Shown: positions 1 to 11,666, counted from the stretch's first letter. The stretch: DNA of 32,452 bases from Chiloscyllium plagiosum (GCF_004010195.1 NC_057757.1:3903763-3936214); one strand, 5' to 3'. Translations and numbers: made by a program. Notes: a model not told the origin generated them from the letters alone.

Positions 1-2224
1 GAGAGTGAGGGGATGTCTCAGTATGACTGTCTCCGTGGGGACTGAGAGATTGTCTCAGTGTGACTGACCCTGGGTGTGAGGGGGTGTCTCGTTTGGACTG
101 ACCCTGGGGAGTGAGGGATGTCTCAGTGCCTCTGACCCTGGGGAGTGAGGGGGTGTCTCAGTGTGACTGACCCTGGGGAGTGACGGGGTGTCTCAGTGCC
201 ACTGACTCTGTGGAGTGTGGGGGTGTCTCATTGTCTCTGACCCTGTGGAGTGAGGGGGTGTCTCAGTGTCACTGACCCTGGGGAATGAGGGGCTGTCTCA
301 GTGTCTCTGACCCTGGGGGGTGAGGGGATGCGTCAGTGTGACTGACCCCGAGAGTGAGGGGATGTCTCAGTATGACTGTCTCCGTGGGGACTGAGAGAGT
401 GTCTCAGTGTGACTGACCCTGGGGAGTGAGGGGGTTGTCTCAGTGTGACTCACCGTGGGGATTGTGGGGGTGTCTCAGTGTGACTGACCCTGGGGAATGA
501 GTGGGTGTCTCAGTGTGACTGACCCTGGGGAATGAGGGGCTCTCTCAGTGTCTCAGACCTTGGGGGGTGAGGGGATGCGTCAGTGTGACTGACCCTGAGA
601 GTGAGGGGATGTCTCAGTATGACTGTCTCCGTGGGGACTGAGAGGGTGTCTCAGTGTGACTGACCCTGGGGAGTGAGGGGGTGTGTCAGTGTGACTGACC
701 CTGGGTGTGAGGGGGTGTCTCGTTGTGACTGACCCTGGGGAGTGAGGGGGTGTCTCAGTGTCTCTGACCCTGAGAGTGAGGGGATGTCTCAGTGTGACTG
801 TCCCTGGGGAGTGAGGGGGTGTCTCAGTGTCACTGACCCTGGGGAGTGAGGGGGTGTGTCAGTGTGACTGATCCTGAGAGTGAGAGGGTGTCTCAATGTG
901 ACTGACCATGGGGAGTGAGGGGTGTCTCAGTGTGACTGACCCTGGAGAGAGAGGGGGTGTCTCAGTGTCTCTGACCCTAGGGAGTGAGGGGGTGTATCAA
1001 TGTGACTAACCCTGAGAGTGAGGGGGTGTCTCAGTGTGACTGACTCTGGGGAGTGAGGGGGTGTCTCGGTGTGACTGACCCTGGGGGTGAGGGGGTGTCT
1101 CAGTGTGACTAACCCTGAGAGTGAGGAGGTTGTATCAGTGTGACTGACTCTGGGGAGTGAGGGGGTGTCTCGGTGTGACTGACCCTGGGGGTGAGGGGGT
1201 GTCTCAGTGTGACTAACCCTGAGAGTGAGGAGGTTGTATCAGTGTGACTGACTCTGGGGAGTGAGGGGGTGTCTCGGTGTGACTGACCCTGGGGGTGAGG
1301 GGGTGTCTCAGTGTGACTAACCCTGAGAGTGAGGAGGTTGTATCAGTGTGACTGACTCTGGGGAGTGAGGGGGTGTCTCGGTGTGACTGACCCTGGGGGT
1401 GAGGGGGTGTCTCAGTGTGACTAACCCTGAGAGTGAGGAGGTTGTATCAGTGTGACTGACTCTGGGGAGTGAGGGGGTGTCTCGGTGTGACTGACCCTGG
1501 GGGTGAGGGGGTGTCTCAGTGTGACTAACCCTGAGAGTGAGGAGGTTGTATCAGTGTGACTGACTCTGGGGAGTGAGGGGGTGTCTCGGTGTGACTGACC
1601 CTGGGGGTGAGGGGGTGTCTCAGTGTGACTAACCCTGAGAGTGAGGAGGTTGTATCAGTGTGACTGACTCTGGGGAGTGAGGGGGTGTCTCGGTGTGACT
1701 GACCCTGGGGGTGAGGGGGTGTCTCAGTGTGACTAACCCTGAGAGTGAGGAGGTTGTATCAGTGTGACTGACTCTGGGGAGTGAGGGGGTGTCTCGGTGT
1801 GACTGACCCTGGGGGTGAGGGGGTGTCTCAGTGTGACTAACCCTGAGAGTGAGGAGGTTGTATCAGTGTGACTGACTCTGGGGAGTGAGGGGGTGTCTCG
1901 GTGTGACTGACCCTGGGGGTGAGGGGGTGTCTCAGTGTGACTAACCCTGAGAGTGAGGAGGTTGTATCAGTGTGACTGACTCTGGGGAGTGAGGGGGTGT
2001 CTCGGTGTGACTGACCCTGGGGGTGAGGGGGTGTCTCAGTGTGACTAACCCTGAGAGTGAGGAGGTTGTATCAGTGTGACTGACTCTGGGGAGTGAGGGG
2101 GTGTCTCGGTGTGACTGACCCTGGGGGTGAGGGGGTGTCTCAGTGTGACTAACCCTGAGAGTGAGGAGGTTGTATCAGTGTGACTGACTCTGGGGAGTGA
2201 GGGGGTGTCTCGGTGTGACTGACT
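1..2224. repeat. G-rich ~35-bp minisatellite with a 104-bp higher-order repeat; lies in the intron downstream of the minus-strand V exon
   Basis: Unit ~GGGGAGTGAGGGGGTGTCTCAGTGTGACTGACCCT. From ~1030 to 2224 a three-monomer unit recurs every 104 bp (CCCTGAGAGTGAGGAGG at 1113, 1217, 1321, 1425 ... 2153). Confidence 0.97.
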
Positions 2225-2503
2225 GGGAGTGAAGGGGTGAGTTTGGGAGATGTCCCAGTCCCAGGGGGAGGTGCCCTGAAAGTGTTTGTGTCCAAAGAGA
2301 TTTTCCGGGAGCTGGGTCCCTCCCAGACGCTGCTGAATTTCTCCAGCTCTCTCTTTTTCTTTCCCAGTTGCTGCCTCCACTGGGAATGGATTGGATTTGA
2401 CAATCCCACGTGATCCCGAGTGTGGGAGAGACTGAATCTGGGATCACTCTCACCAGCATCGAGTCAATGTGAGGGGAATTGGGGAAAAGGAGATGGAACT
2501 TAC

Positions 2504-2872
2504 CTCGGACAGTGAGGTAGGTCCCTGAGACGCTTTGCCAGACCGCATAACGATTTCCTGTTGTCGTCAACCGACAGAAATAGCGGTTTGTATCCCTTGT
2601 TTTCAGCTGCTTTATCCGGATGGTCCCTGTCCTCTCCTTGGCCGGATCTCCCAGGAATTCAATTCGCCCTTGGTATTCAGGGTGAGTGTATCCCCGAGAC
2701 TTATTGAGGATAAATTCCCCGTGAAACTCGTTTCTTCTCCAGGCAATGTCATACCCTGTGGGTTTGTGTGTATCTGGGTAGGTGAATGTACACGGGATCT
2801 CGATCGACCCCCCTTCCACACCCTCCAGTCGATCCGGTTGGCTCACTGTGAAACCATCTCCATGGATCATTC
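2504..2872 (-). CDS. Ig V-set exon of a PILR-like (paired Ig-like type 2 receptor/Siglec-related) receptor
   Basis: 369-nt open exon, phase 1/1. Acceptor ctgtttcgctctctccctcag|GA, donor CGAG|gtaagt. Encodes GMIHGDGFTVSQPDRLEGVEGGSIEIPCTFTYP...IAWRRNEFHGEF...YQGRIEF...GTIRIKQLKTRDTNRYFCRL...WQSVSGTYLTVR. The WRRxxFHG, YFCR and WQSxxGT motifs match recalled PILRA/PILRB V domains. Confidence 0.9.
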
Positions 2873-3039
2873 CTGAGGGAGAGCGAAACAGCAAACAGTC
2901 ATTTAGGAATCCCGAATAAATCTCTCCTGGCTGGAGACCAGCCCCCAGGATATCCCCCAGTGACAGAGAGACTGTGTAACTGAGACAGCAAAATGTGACT
3001 CACCCCCAGGTATCTGTCACTCTGTATATAAACCACCCT

Positions 3040-3830
3040 GAATCCCTGTAACCCCCTCCAGCCCTTACACCCCCTCCCTATATCTGTACCCCCCTCCAGC
3101 CCCTACACCCCTCCCTATCTTTGGGACCCCCTCCAGCCCCTACACCCCTCCCTATCTCTGTAANNNNNNNNNNNNNNNNNNNNNNNNNNNNNNNNNNNNN
3201 NNNNNNNNNNNNNNNNNNNNNNNNNNNNNNNNNNNNNNNNNNNNNNNNNNNNNNNNNNNNNNNNNNNNNNNNNNNNNNNNNNNNNNNNNNNNNNNNNNNN
3301 NNNNNNNNNNNNNNNNNNNNNNNNNNNNNNNNNNNNNNNNNNNNNNNNNNNNNNNNNNNNNNNNNNNNNNNNNNNNNNNNNNNNNNNNNNNNNNNNNNNN
3401 NNNNNNNNNNNNNNNNNNNNNNNNNNNNNNNNNNNNNNNNNNNNNNNNNNNNNNNNNNNNNNNNNNNNNNNNNNNNNNNNNNNNNNNNNNNNNNNNNNNN
3501 NNNNNNNNNNNNNNNNNNNNNNNNNNCCCCTCCCTATCTCAGTATGCTCGTCCAGCTCCTACACCCCTCCCATTCTCTGTCACCTCCTCCAGACCTTACA
3601 CCTCCAACCATATCTCCGTAAATTCCTCCAGCCCTTACACCCCTCCTATCTCTAAATTCCTCCTTTCGCTATACCCTTCCTCTCCCTATCATTATCACCC
3701 CTGCAGCCCGTATATCCCTCCCTATCTCTGTAACCTCCATCAGTCCTCCTTGGTCTCTGCCTCCCTTTCAATCCCTACATCTCTCCCTATCCCTCTTACC
3801 CCTCCAGCCCCTATAATCCTCTTAGATCTC
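3040..3830. repeat. C-rich ~35-37-bp minisatellite spanning an assembly gap (N 3164-3526)
   Basis: Repeated CCCCTCCAGCCCCTACACCCCTCCCTATCTCTGTAA-like units on both sides of the gap, decaying towards 3830. Confidence 0.88.
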
Positions 3831-4054
3831 CATGGCAGAGGTTGTGGTGAGGGGGTGTACCTTTGGAAGGTCTCAGTCTGTGGTTATAGAACCCTCCCCC
3901 CCCCCAAACCTCTCCCTCTCCTGCAATCTCTCTTTCCTCATGTTCCCCCGTAAATCCCTCCCTCTGTCTGATCACTGGTTTAATTCTCCTAAAACCTCCT
4001 TTGGAACCCTGTCCTTTCACTGGGATGGATCTGGGGACTGCCTCGAGGAGCAGA

Positions 4055-4275
4055 TTTGACTGAGTTGAGGAGGAACGTCTTCCCCCAAAGGATTATGAAT
4101 CTGTGGAATTCCCTGCCCAGTGAAGCAGCTGAGGTTACCCCGTTGGGTGTTTTTGGATAGATTTTTGAACAGTTAAGGAGTTAAGGATTATGGTGCTGAA
4201 TCCATGAAAAGTTGAGCAATAACCTATTGAAAGGGGGAGCAGGTCGGAGGGGCCAGCTGGTTTAATTCTGTTCTT
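4055..4275 (+). mobile_element. Degenerate CR1-type LINE 3' fragment
   Basis: GAGGAGGAAC...AATCTGTGGAATTCCCTGCCCAG...GATAGATTTTTG matches the NFF.QRVV.LWNSLP...DRFL terminal region seen in other CR1 copies in this window. Confidence 0.65.
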
Positions 4276-4480
4276 GTAATCAAAGGGCTCCCCCCCAACC
4301 CTGTTGTAATTTCATCCACCCTCTTCCCTCGAGCAGATGGTATAAACATTTATAAACACATACAAACAGATTCAAGAACAGCTTCTTCCCCGTGCGACCA
4401 TGCTGCCCCTTTAACAAGGTTATTGTCACCCATGGTTTCTTTGAAGAGGGGTTGCAAAGGCAGAGCTTCCGATATGTCTG

Positions 4481-7400
4481 ATGTACACCTGAACTAGAGG
4501 AGTGCCAATAACCGGGGATGGAGGGTTTGGGAAATTTGCTAATGAGCTTCGGGAGGGTTTAAACTAATTCACCAGGGGTTTGGGAACCTGAATTGTAGCT
4601 CTAGTGTACAGGAGGTTGAAAGTAGTGAGGTCATAAATAAGATTGCAAGGTCACAAGAGTGTACTGGTGGCAAGAAGGTGGTTTGAAGGGTGTCTACCTC
4701 GATGCCAGGAGCATCCGGAAGAACGTGTGAACATTGCAGCATGAGTTGGTACCTGGGACTTTGATGTTGTGGCCATTTTGGAGACATGGATAGGGCAGGG
4801 ACAGGAATGGTTGTTGCAGGTTCAGGGATTTAGATGTTTCAGTAAGAACAGGTAGGCTGGTAAAAGAGAGGGAGGTGTGGCACTGTTAGTCAAGGACAGT
4901 CTTACGGTGGCAGAGAGGATGTTTGTTGAGGACTTGTCGACTGAGTTAGTATGGACTGAGGTTAGAAACAGGAAAGGAGAGGTCACCCTGTTGGCAGTTT
5001 TCTATAGGCAGCCAAAAAGTTCCAGAGATGTAGAGGAAAGGATTGCAAAGATGATTCTCGATAGGAGTGAGAGAGACAGAGTAGTTGTTATGAGGGACTT
5101 TAACTTTCCAAATATTGACTGGAAATGCTATAGTTCAAGTTGTTTAGATGGATCAGTTTTTATCCAATGTGTGCAGGAGGGTTTCATGACACAGTATGTA
5201 GATAGGCCAACAAGGGGTAGGGCCACATTGGATTTGGTACTGGGGAATGAACTCAGACAGGTGTTAGATTTGGAGATAGGTAAGCACTTTGATGACAGTG
5301 ACCACAATTTGGTTGCATTTACTTTAGCAATGGAAAGAGATAGGTATATACCGCAGGGCAAGGTTTATAGCTGGGGGAAAGGGAATTATGATGCAATTAG
5401 GCAAGATTTAGGATGCATAGAAGGAGAAAGAAAACTGCAGGGGACGGGCACAAATGAAATATGGAGCTTATTCAAGGGACAGCTACTGTGTGTCCTTGAT
5501 AAGTATGTACCTGTCAGCCAGGGAGGAAGTGGTTGAGCAAGGGAACTGTGGTTTGCTAAAGAAGTTGAATCTCTTGTCAAGAGGAAGAAGGAGGCTTAGG
5601 TAAAGATGAGACATGAAGGCTCAGTTAGGGCGCTTGAGAGTTATAAGTTAGCCAGGAAGGACCTAAAGAGAGCTAAGAAGAGCCAGGAATGGACATGAGA
5701 AGTCTTTGGCTCGTAGGATCAAGGAAAACTCTAAAGCTTTCTCTAGGTATGTCAGGAATAAAAGAATGACTACAGTAAGGTTAAGACAGTAATGGGAAGT
5801 TGTCCATGGAGTCCAAGGAGATAGGAGAGGTGCTAAGTGAATACTTTTGTCAGCATTCACACTGGGAAAAGGCAATCTTGTCTGGAATACTGATATTCAG
5901 ACTGTTAGACTAGACAGGATTGAGGATCACAAGGAGGAGGTGTTAGCAATTCCAGAAAGTGTGAAAATACATAAGTCCGCTGGGGCAGATGGGATTTATC
6001 CTCAGGTTCTCTGTGAAGCAAGGGAGGAGATTGCAGAACCTTTGGCTTTGATTTTTATGTCATCATTGTCATCAGAAATAGTGCCAGAAGTTGGAAGATA
6101 GCAAATATCGTTCCCTTGTTTCAGAAGGGGAGTAGAGACAACCCTGGTAATTATAGACCAGTGAGCCTTACTTCGGTTGTGGGTAAAATGTTGGAAAGGA
6201 TTATACAAGGTACGATTTAGAAGCATCTAGAGAGGAATAGTGCGATTAGGGATAGTCAACATGGTTTCGTGAAGGGTAGGTCGTGCCTCACGAACCTTAT
6301 TGAGTTCATCAAGAAGGTGGCCAAACTGGTGGATGAGGGTAAAGCAGTTGATGTGGTGAATATGGATTTCAGTATGGCATTTGATAAGATTTCCCACAGT
6401 AGGCTATTGCAGAAAGTACACAGGCATGGGAATGCGGGTAATTTAGCAGTTTGGATCAGAAATTGGATAGCTGAAAGAAGACAGAGGATGGTGGTTGATG
6501 GGAAATATTCATCCTGGAGATCAGTTATGATTGGAGTACCGCAAGAATCTGTTTAGGGCCACTGCTGCTTGTCATTTTTATAAATGACCTGGATGATAGG
6601 GGTAGGTGGATGGGTTAGTAAATTTGTAGATGATACTAAGGTGGGTGGAGTTGTGGACAGTGCGGAAGGATGTTGCAGGTTACAGAGGGGCATAAATAAG
6701 CTGTAGAGCTGGGCTGAGAGGTGGCAAATGGAGTTTAATGCAGAAAAGTGTGAGGTGATTCATTTTGGAAGGAGTAACAGGAATACAGCGTACTAGACTA
6801 ATGGTAAGAATCTTGGCAACATGCATGAGCAGAGAGATCTTGGTGTCCATGTGCATAAATCCCTGGAAATTGCCACCCTGATTGATTGGGCTGTTAAGAA
6901 GGCATGGGGTGTGTTGACTCATATTGATAGAGGGATTGAGTTTCGCATCCACGAGGTCATGCTGGGCAAAACATTGGCGCGGCCGCATTTGGAGTATTGC
7001 GTACTGTTGTGGCCACTGCATTATAGGAAGGCCGTGTAAGCATTGGAAAGGGTGCAGAGGAGATTTACCAGAATGTTGTCTGGTATGGAGGGAGGGCCTT
7101 ATGATGAAAGGCTGAGGGACTTGAGGCTGTCTTTGTTAGAGAAAAGGTTGAGAGGTGACTTAATGGAGTCATACAAGATGATCAGAGGATTAGATAGGGT
7201 GGATAGTGAAAACCTTTTTCCTTGATGGTGATGGCTAGCATGAGGAGACATAGCTTTAAACTGAAGGGTGATAGATATAGGATAGATGTCAGAGGTAGGT
7301 TCTTCATTCAGAGAGTAGTAAGGGCATAGAATTCCCTGCCTGCAATAGTAGTAGACTTGCCATCTTTAAGGGCGTTTAAATGGTCATTGGATAGACATAT

Positions 7401-7508
7401 GGATGAGAATGGAATAGTGTAGGTTAGATGGGCTTCAGATTGGTTCCACAGGTTGGCACAACATCGAGGGCCGAAGGGCCTGTACTGCGCTGGAATTTCT
7501 ATGTTGTC
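4481..7508 (+). mobile_element. CR1/HER1-type LINE (ORF1 end, decayed ORF2 APE endonuclease + RT, 3' tail) inserted in the 5' LTR
   Basis: ORF fragments VFYRQP...VVMRDFNFPNIDW...ATLDLVLGN...DSDHN (APE), and KSAGADGIYP, GRSCLTNLIEF, DFSMAFDKISH, GVPQES (RT). Possible TSD TGTCTG. The 3' tail GGGCCGAAGGGCCTGT is shared with the HE1 SINEs. Confidence 0.95.
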
Positions 7509-8039
7509 TGTCTGGAAATGTCTTTTTGAAATGGCTTTGAAAGTTTTTATTTGGAAACACTTGTACAATGAAAGGGGAGTGGCCAGTTCTCCCGGTTCAG
7601 GGATTTTTTTTCTGTTTGGTTTTTTCGAGCAGTCTGTTTGAAGCTACTGGACAAAGAAAGCTGCTGGGGGAGAAGGTTCCCTGATCCAACAGAGGGTTCC
7701 TGACAGACCCTCCCTCTCCCTCTCGCTCTGCAATCTCTCTCCTGTAAGAACTCGTGTTTGAATTTACCTTTTTGCCAAAGGGTGTGTTATGGGATGTTGC
7801 AGAGAATTGGAATAGCTCTTTGTTAAGTTGCGTTTTTGTGTCGGTTGGGTTTTCACACAGTTATGTTATTCTAAATGGGTTTTCTCTTGTTCATGTGCAA
7901 ATGACTACCGAGTGGTTTGACCAGCTGTGTCAATCCTGGAATATCCACCTGACATCTGCTTAAAACAGCCAGAAAAACACAGGGTCTGGGATACCTGCTT
8001 AAAATACTTTGAGGGGGTCTTGCCTGGTCCATAACAGAT

Positions 8040-8057
8040 TGGGGGCTCGTCCAGGAT
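8040..8057 (+). promoter_or_regulatory. Primer-binding site complementary to tRNA-Pro
   Basis: TGGGGGCTCGTCCAGGAT begins 3 nt after the LTR end (CA at 8036). It is 17/18 identical to the classic tRNA-Pro PBS TGGGGGCTCGTCCGGGAT. Confidence 0.9.
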
Positions 8058-8178
8058 TTATTCTGTAGTTCTGATTTGGTATTAAGGTTGCTGTGCTCAA
8101 AGGTAGCGAGTGGAAGGTGTTAGTGTCTTTTGATCCAGGTGTTGAATTCGGATGGTTTAAACACTGCTTGGGGGAATA

Positions 8179-9645
8179 ATGGCTCTGTCAGTCACAAAGA
8201 GTATTCTGGGGGTGGGAGAAGTGACCTTGGGGGTTTTACAAAACAAGGCAAAGCAGCTGCAATTAGCAGACAGACTGAACTTGGGGTTATCTACATTCCT
8301 CAGAAAAAGGAGAGATAATTACAGCAATAGCTCAGCATTTAAATTTGCTGGAAATGTCATTTGAATCTTTGGAGATGCCGAAAATTCAATTGAAGATGAA
8401 GCAGCTTGAGTTAGAGGCAAAAGGAAAAGAGAACAAGAAATGTAACTGTTGAAATTACGATTCAAAGCAGAGGAAAGAGAAAAAGAATGAAAGGCCCTAG
8501 CAGAACAAAAAGAAATGGACAGAATCGTTTCAGCAGAACAAAAAGAGAGAGAGAGAGAGAGGGGGGGAAAGGAAAGGAAGAAAGAGAGGGAGTTTGAACT
8601 TAATAAATTGGCACTTTGACAGGAGAGTCAGCTTAAAAGGATGGAGATGAAGGCTGAAGGTAAACTCAGTGAAGAGTGAGGATGAGCAAACCCCTGGGAG
8701 CCAAAGGCCTGGTGGGGATCTGTTCCAATACATCCAAGCGTTGCCTCAATTTGATGAGAAGGATGTAGAAGTCTTTTTCATCTCAGGTGAGAAGGTGGCT
8801 AAACAAATGCAGTGGGCCGTGACTATGTGGATTTTCTTGATCCAAACAAAACTTTTAGATACAGCAAGTGAGGTATTCACATCCCTATCAGAGGCGGAGT
8901 GGGGGATGCGTATGAGGTGATGAAGAAAGCCATCTTAAGTGCATATGAACTTGTGCCAGATACTTACAGACAACTTACAGGCTCAGTGGTTAGCACTGCT
9001 GCCTCACAGTGCCAGGGACCCGGGTTCAATTCCCGCCTCGGGCAACTGTGTGGAGTTTGCACGTTCTTCCCGTGTCTGCGTGGGTTTCCTCCGGGTGCTC
9101 CGGTTTCCTCCCACAGTCCAAAGATGTGCAGGTTAGATGAATTGGCCATGCTAAATTGCCCATAGTGTTAGGTGTAGGGGTAAATGTAGGGGAATGGGTC
9201 TGGGTGGGTTGCTCTTTGGAGGGTCGGTGTGGACTTGTTGGGCCGAAGGGCCTGTTTCCACACTGTAAGTAATCTAAAAAAAAGTTTCAGGAATCTAAGG
9301 AGTGACCCTGGTCAAACCTACATTGAGTTTGAAAAGATTAAACAAAGTAATTTCAACAGATGGAGAAGGGCATTAAAAATAGAACAAAACTATGACACTC
9401 TTAGAGAGAGGATTATTTGGAGGAGTTTAAAAATTCACTTTCTGAGGGAGTGACAACCCCTGTGGAAGAGCAGAGAGTGAAGACAGCAAGATTAGCAGCT
9501 GAAATGGCTGATGGTTATGAGTTAGATCATAAATCAAAGTTTGGCTTCCAACATCAATTTCAATCCGTGAGCGATAGAAACTGGGGAAAAGAGAAATCCT
9601 CATGTGGAAAGGGAAAAGCAGATGTCAGTGAAGATCATCAGGATA
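8179..9645 (+). pseudogene. Degenerate gag with SCAN-like capsid C-terminal domain (LTR element 1)
   Basis: MALSV..., LPQFDEKDVEVFFI..EKVA, KKAILSAYELVPDTYRQ|SINE|FRNL...FNRW...LEEFKNSL...ARLAAEMADGY; frameshifts and stops. Confidence 0.85.
8974..9283 (+). mobile_element. HE1-type tRNA-derived V-SINE inside gag
   Basis: A/B-box head (GGCTCAGTGGTTAGC...GGTTCAATTCC), V-domain TGTGGAGTTTGCACGTTC...GGGTTTCCTCCGGGTGCTCCGGTTTCCTCCCAC, CR1-like tail ending AATCTA. Confidence 0.92.
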
Positions 9646-10594
9646 ACGCTGGAGCTGTTTAACTTCTCTTTCCCCTTCAAGGGTTTCTATTTTATCCTGT
9701 GGTAAGTTATCCTGATGGTCACATGTTTCCTGATTCAACAGAAGTTTCTGACTGACTCACCCCCTCTCTGCAATCCCTCTCCTGTAAGAACCCGTACTTG
9801 AATTTAGCATTTTGCCAAGGAAATTGGGACCGCTCTTTGTTGAGTTATATTTTCATGTTTGTTGGGTGTTCAAACAGTTACTTTATTCAAAACTTGGTTT
9901 CCTTTTGTTTGTGTATAAATAAATCCTGTTTCATTTCAAACCGAGTGGTTTGACCAGTTGTGTCGCTGCTGGAATATCCACCTGACCCCTGCTTAAAACA
10001 ACGAAAAAAGCTCGGGTCTGGGCTGCCTGCTTAAAATGTTTGGGGGTGGGGTCTGCATGGTCCCTAACACCCGGCATTATCAGACTTTTGAACAGACCTC
10101 CCAAATATTAATTCTGATCTCTCGCTCTCTGTGACTGTAACTCTGCATTCTGCACTCTGTTCTACTTTCCTGACACACTCCGTATGATACGATCTGCCTT
10201 TCGAGCACACAAAACAATACTTTTCACTATATCTCTGGACATGTGACAACAATAAATCAATCCACGAGCCCTGGACACTTCTAGAGACAGATACTGCTGT
10301 TTGGAACGGTGGCCCGATTCCACCATAAATTGCCAAGTCGGGATGTGAGTCTAAACTTGCTTCCTTGAGGGGTGTTATTTTTCTAGTTAATTGTTTTCTA
10401 GTCATTGTTTTGGAACTTGACGGTTTGCAAGTTCTCTTAATAAGCAGCCGAATGGAAAGGAACTCATGGCGATTTACCCACAAGACCAGGATAGAAAAAA
10501 GCTTGGAGTCACGGAGTGGCTGGTGAAGGGAAGGACTGAGTCCGAATCAGACGCCAAGTTGGTGACATATTGGAATGAGATTGAATTGACTCAC

Positions 10595-10637
10595 CGACAC
10601 AGAGAGACAGAAGGAGGAGGTGAAGAGCAGAGCCCAT
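10595..10637 (-). CDS. Signal-peptide (leader) exon of the PILR-like gene
   Basis: ATG at 10637 in strong Kozak context (gcgATGG). Encodes MGSALHLLLLSLCV+G with phase-1 donor G|gtgagt. Joins the V exon to give MGSALHLLLLSLCVGMIHG/DGFTV. Missed by the ORF track. Confidence 0.85.
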
Positions 10638-10699
10638 CGCCGTGCCTGCTCTCGCTCTGGTCGTCTGCTTTCAATGATTACAAGAGAAATGTAGTGGGG

Positions 10700-10790
10700 T
10701 TTTATAACACACCCAGTCACTCCACACAGTTAGTTCTGCTTTCATGTCTTCCTGTTTTTCTGTGCTCCGACCAACTCCAGGCAGGAAGTG
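10700..10790 (-). promoter_or_regulatory. Putative core promoter: TATA box plus two ETS/PU.1-type sites
   Basis: TATAAAA on minus (10706-10700), about 63 nt upstream of the ATG. ACAGGAAG on minus (10748-10755) and CAGGAAGTG on plus (10782-10790), all in non-repetitive DNA. Confidence 0.65.
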
Positions 10791-11666
10791 GTATCCTCAA
10801 ACCGACTGAGGAGAGACGGTGGGAGTGTTTTTCTCACTTATTTCTAGAATTCCGATCTGCAAAGCAGCGAGGGGAGGGGGATCCAGAGGAGGATCCTGGG
10901 GGTAAAGGGCTTGTTGTATCAAGAGCGGTTGAGGACACTGGGTCTGTATTCAATGGAGTTTAAAAGGATTGGGGGTGGGGGGAGAGGCTCTAATTGAAAC
11001 TTGCAGAATACCGAGAGGCCTGGATAGAGTGGGCGTAGAGAATTGAAATAAATTAGTTATTAACCTGATGTGGAGGAGCCAGTGGTGGACTGGGATGGAC
11101 AAAGTTACAAATCGCACAACACCAGGTTATAGTCCAATGGATTTATTTGGAAGCACTAGCTTTTGGAATGCTGCTCCTTATCTTTGGAACGTATGTTTGT
11201 GGGTGACCTTTCGTCTTGATAAAGCAGGAAAAATTTGCAATTCTCAGCACTTTTTATGATTTTGTTTGCCTTCATTGCTTGAACCATTGACGTGGAACGT
11301 CATGTTGGAGTTGGACAGGACATTGGTGAGGCCACTTTTGGAGTACCGTGTGTAACTCTGGTTTCCTTGCTGTAGGAAGGTGGTTATGAACCTGGAGAGG
11401 GTGCAGAAATTATTCACATGATAAAATCATGAGGGGCATGGATAAGGTAAACAGCAAAGGCCTTTTCCCCAGGATAGGGGAGTTCAAACCTCGGAGGGCA
11501 TAACGTTAAGGTGAGAGAGGATAGATTTAAAAGGAACTTGAAGTGACAAAGTTTTCACACAGCGAGCGGGTGGTTTGTGCAAGGAATGAACAGCCAGAGG
11601 AAGTGGTAGCTGTTGGTACAGTTGAAACCTTTAAAAAAGACATTTGGACAGGGACATGGATAGGAA

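Larger units (their letters stand above)
4393..10069 (+). mobile_element. Gmr1-like Ty3/Gypsy LTR retrotransposon copy 1, pol deleted; antisense within intron 1 of the PILR-like gene
   Basis: Starts TG(C)GAC at 4393 and ends CCCTAACA at 10069, with perfect 4-bp TSD CCCG (4389-4392 / 10070-10073). 5' LTR is 4393-4480 plus ~7509-8036, followed by PBS, degenerate gag and a partial 3' LTR (~9740-10069). Confidence 0.88.
4310..10262 (+). mobile_element. Old LINE 3' end (Rex1/Babar- or L2-like) split by LTR element 1; pieces ~4310-4392 and ~10070-10262
   Basis: AGATTCAAGAACAGCTTCTTCCCCG (RFKNSFFP) continues as CCCGGCATTATCAGACTTTTGAAC after the LTR element and ends TTTTCACT...CATGTGACAACAATAAATCAA. 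Clade assigned from memory only. Confidence 0.55.

Noticed and set aside
1-2409. Minisatellite as a mucin-like coding VNTR, CRISPR array, Ig switch region or RSS array
   Set aside because: Periods of 35 and 104 are not multiples of 3 and contain stops. There are no unique spacers. CACACTG heptamer-like words lack nonamers. The G-rich strand would be the template strand.
2175-2503. C-terminal extension of the 239-aa ORF as a secreted isoform
   Set aside because: Read-through past a consensus G|gtaagt donor into the intron and minisatellite; nothing supports its use.
2504-2872. Rearranging Ig/TCR/IgNAR V segment
   Set aside because: The exon already includes the G strand and ends at a splice donor. 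No RSS follows, and the motifs are PILR-like.
8980-9035. tRNA genes
   Set aside because: These are tRNA-derived SINE heads that continue into the V-domain and LINE tail; no complete cloverleaf.
10466-10963. 165-aa plus-strand ORF
   Set aside because: Antisense to the leader exon and promoter; no recognisable domain.
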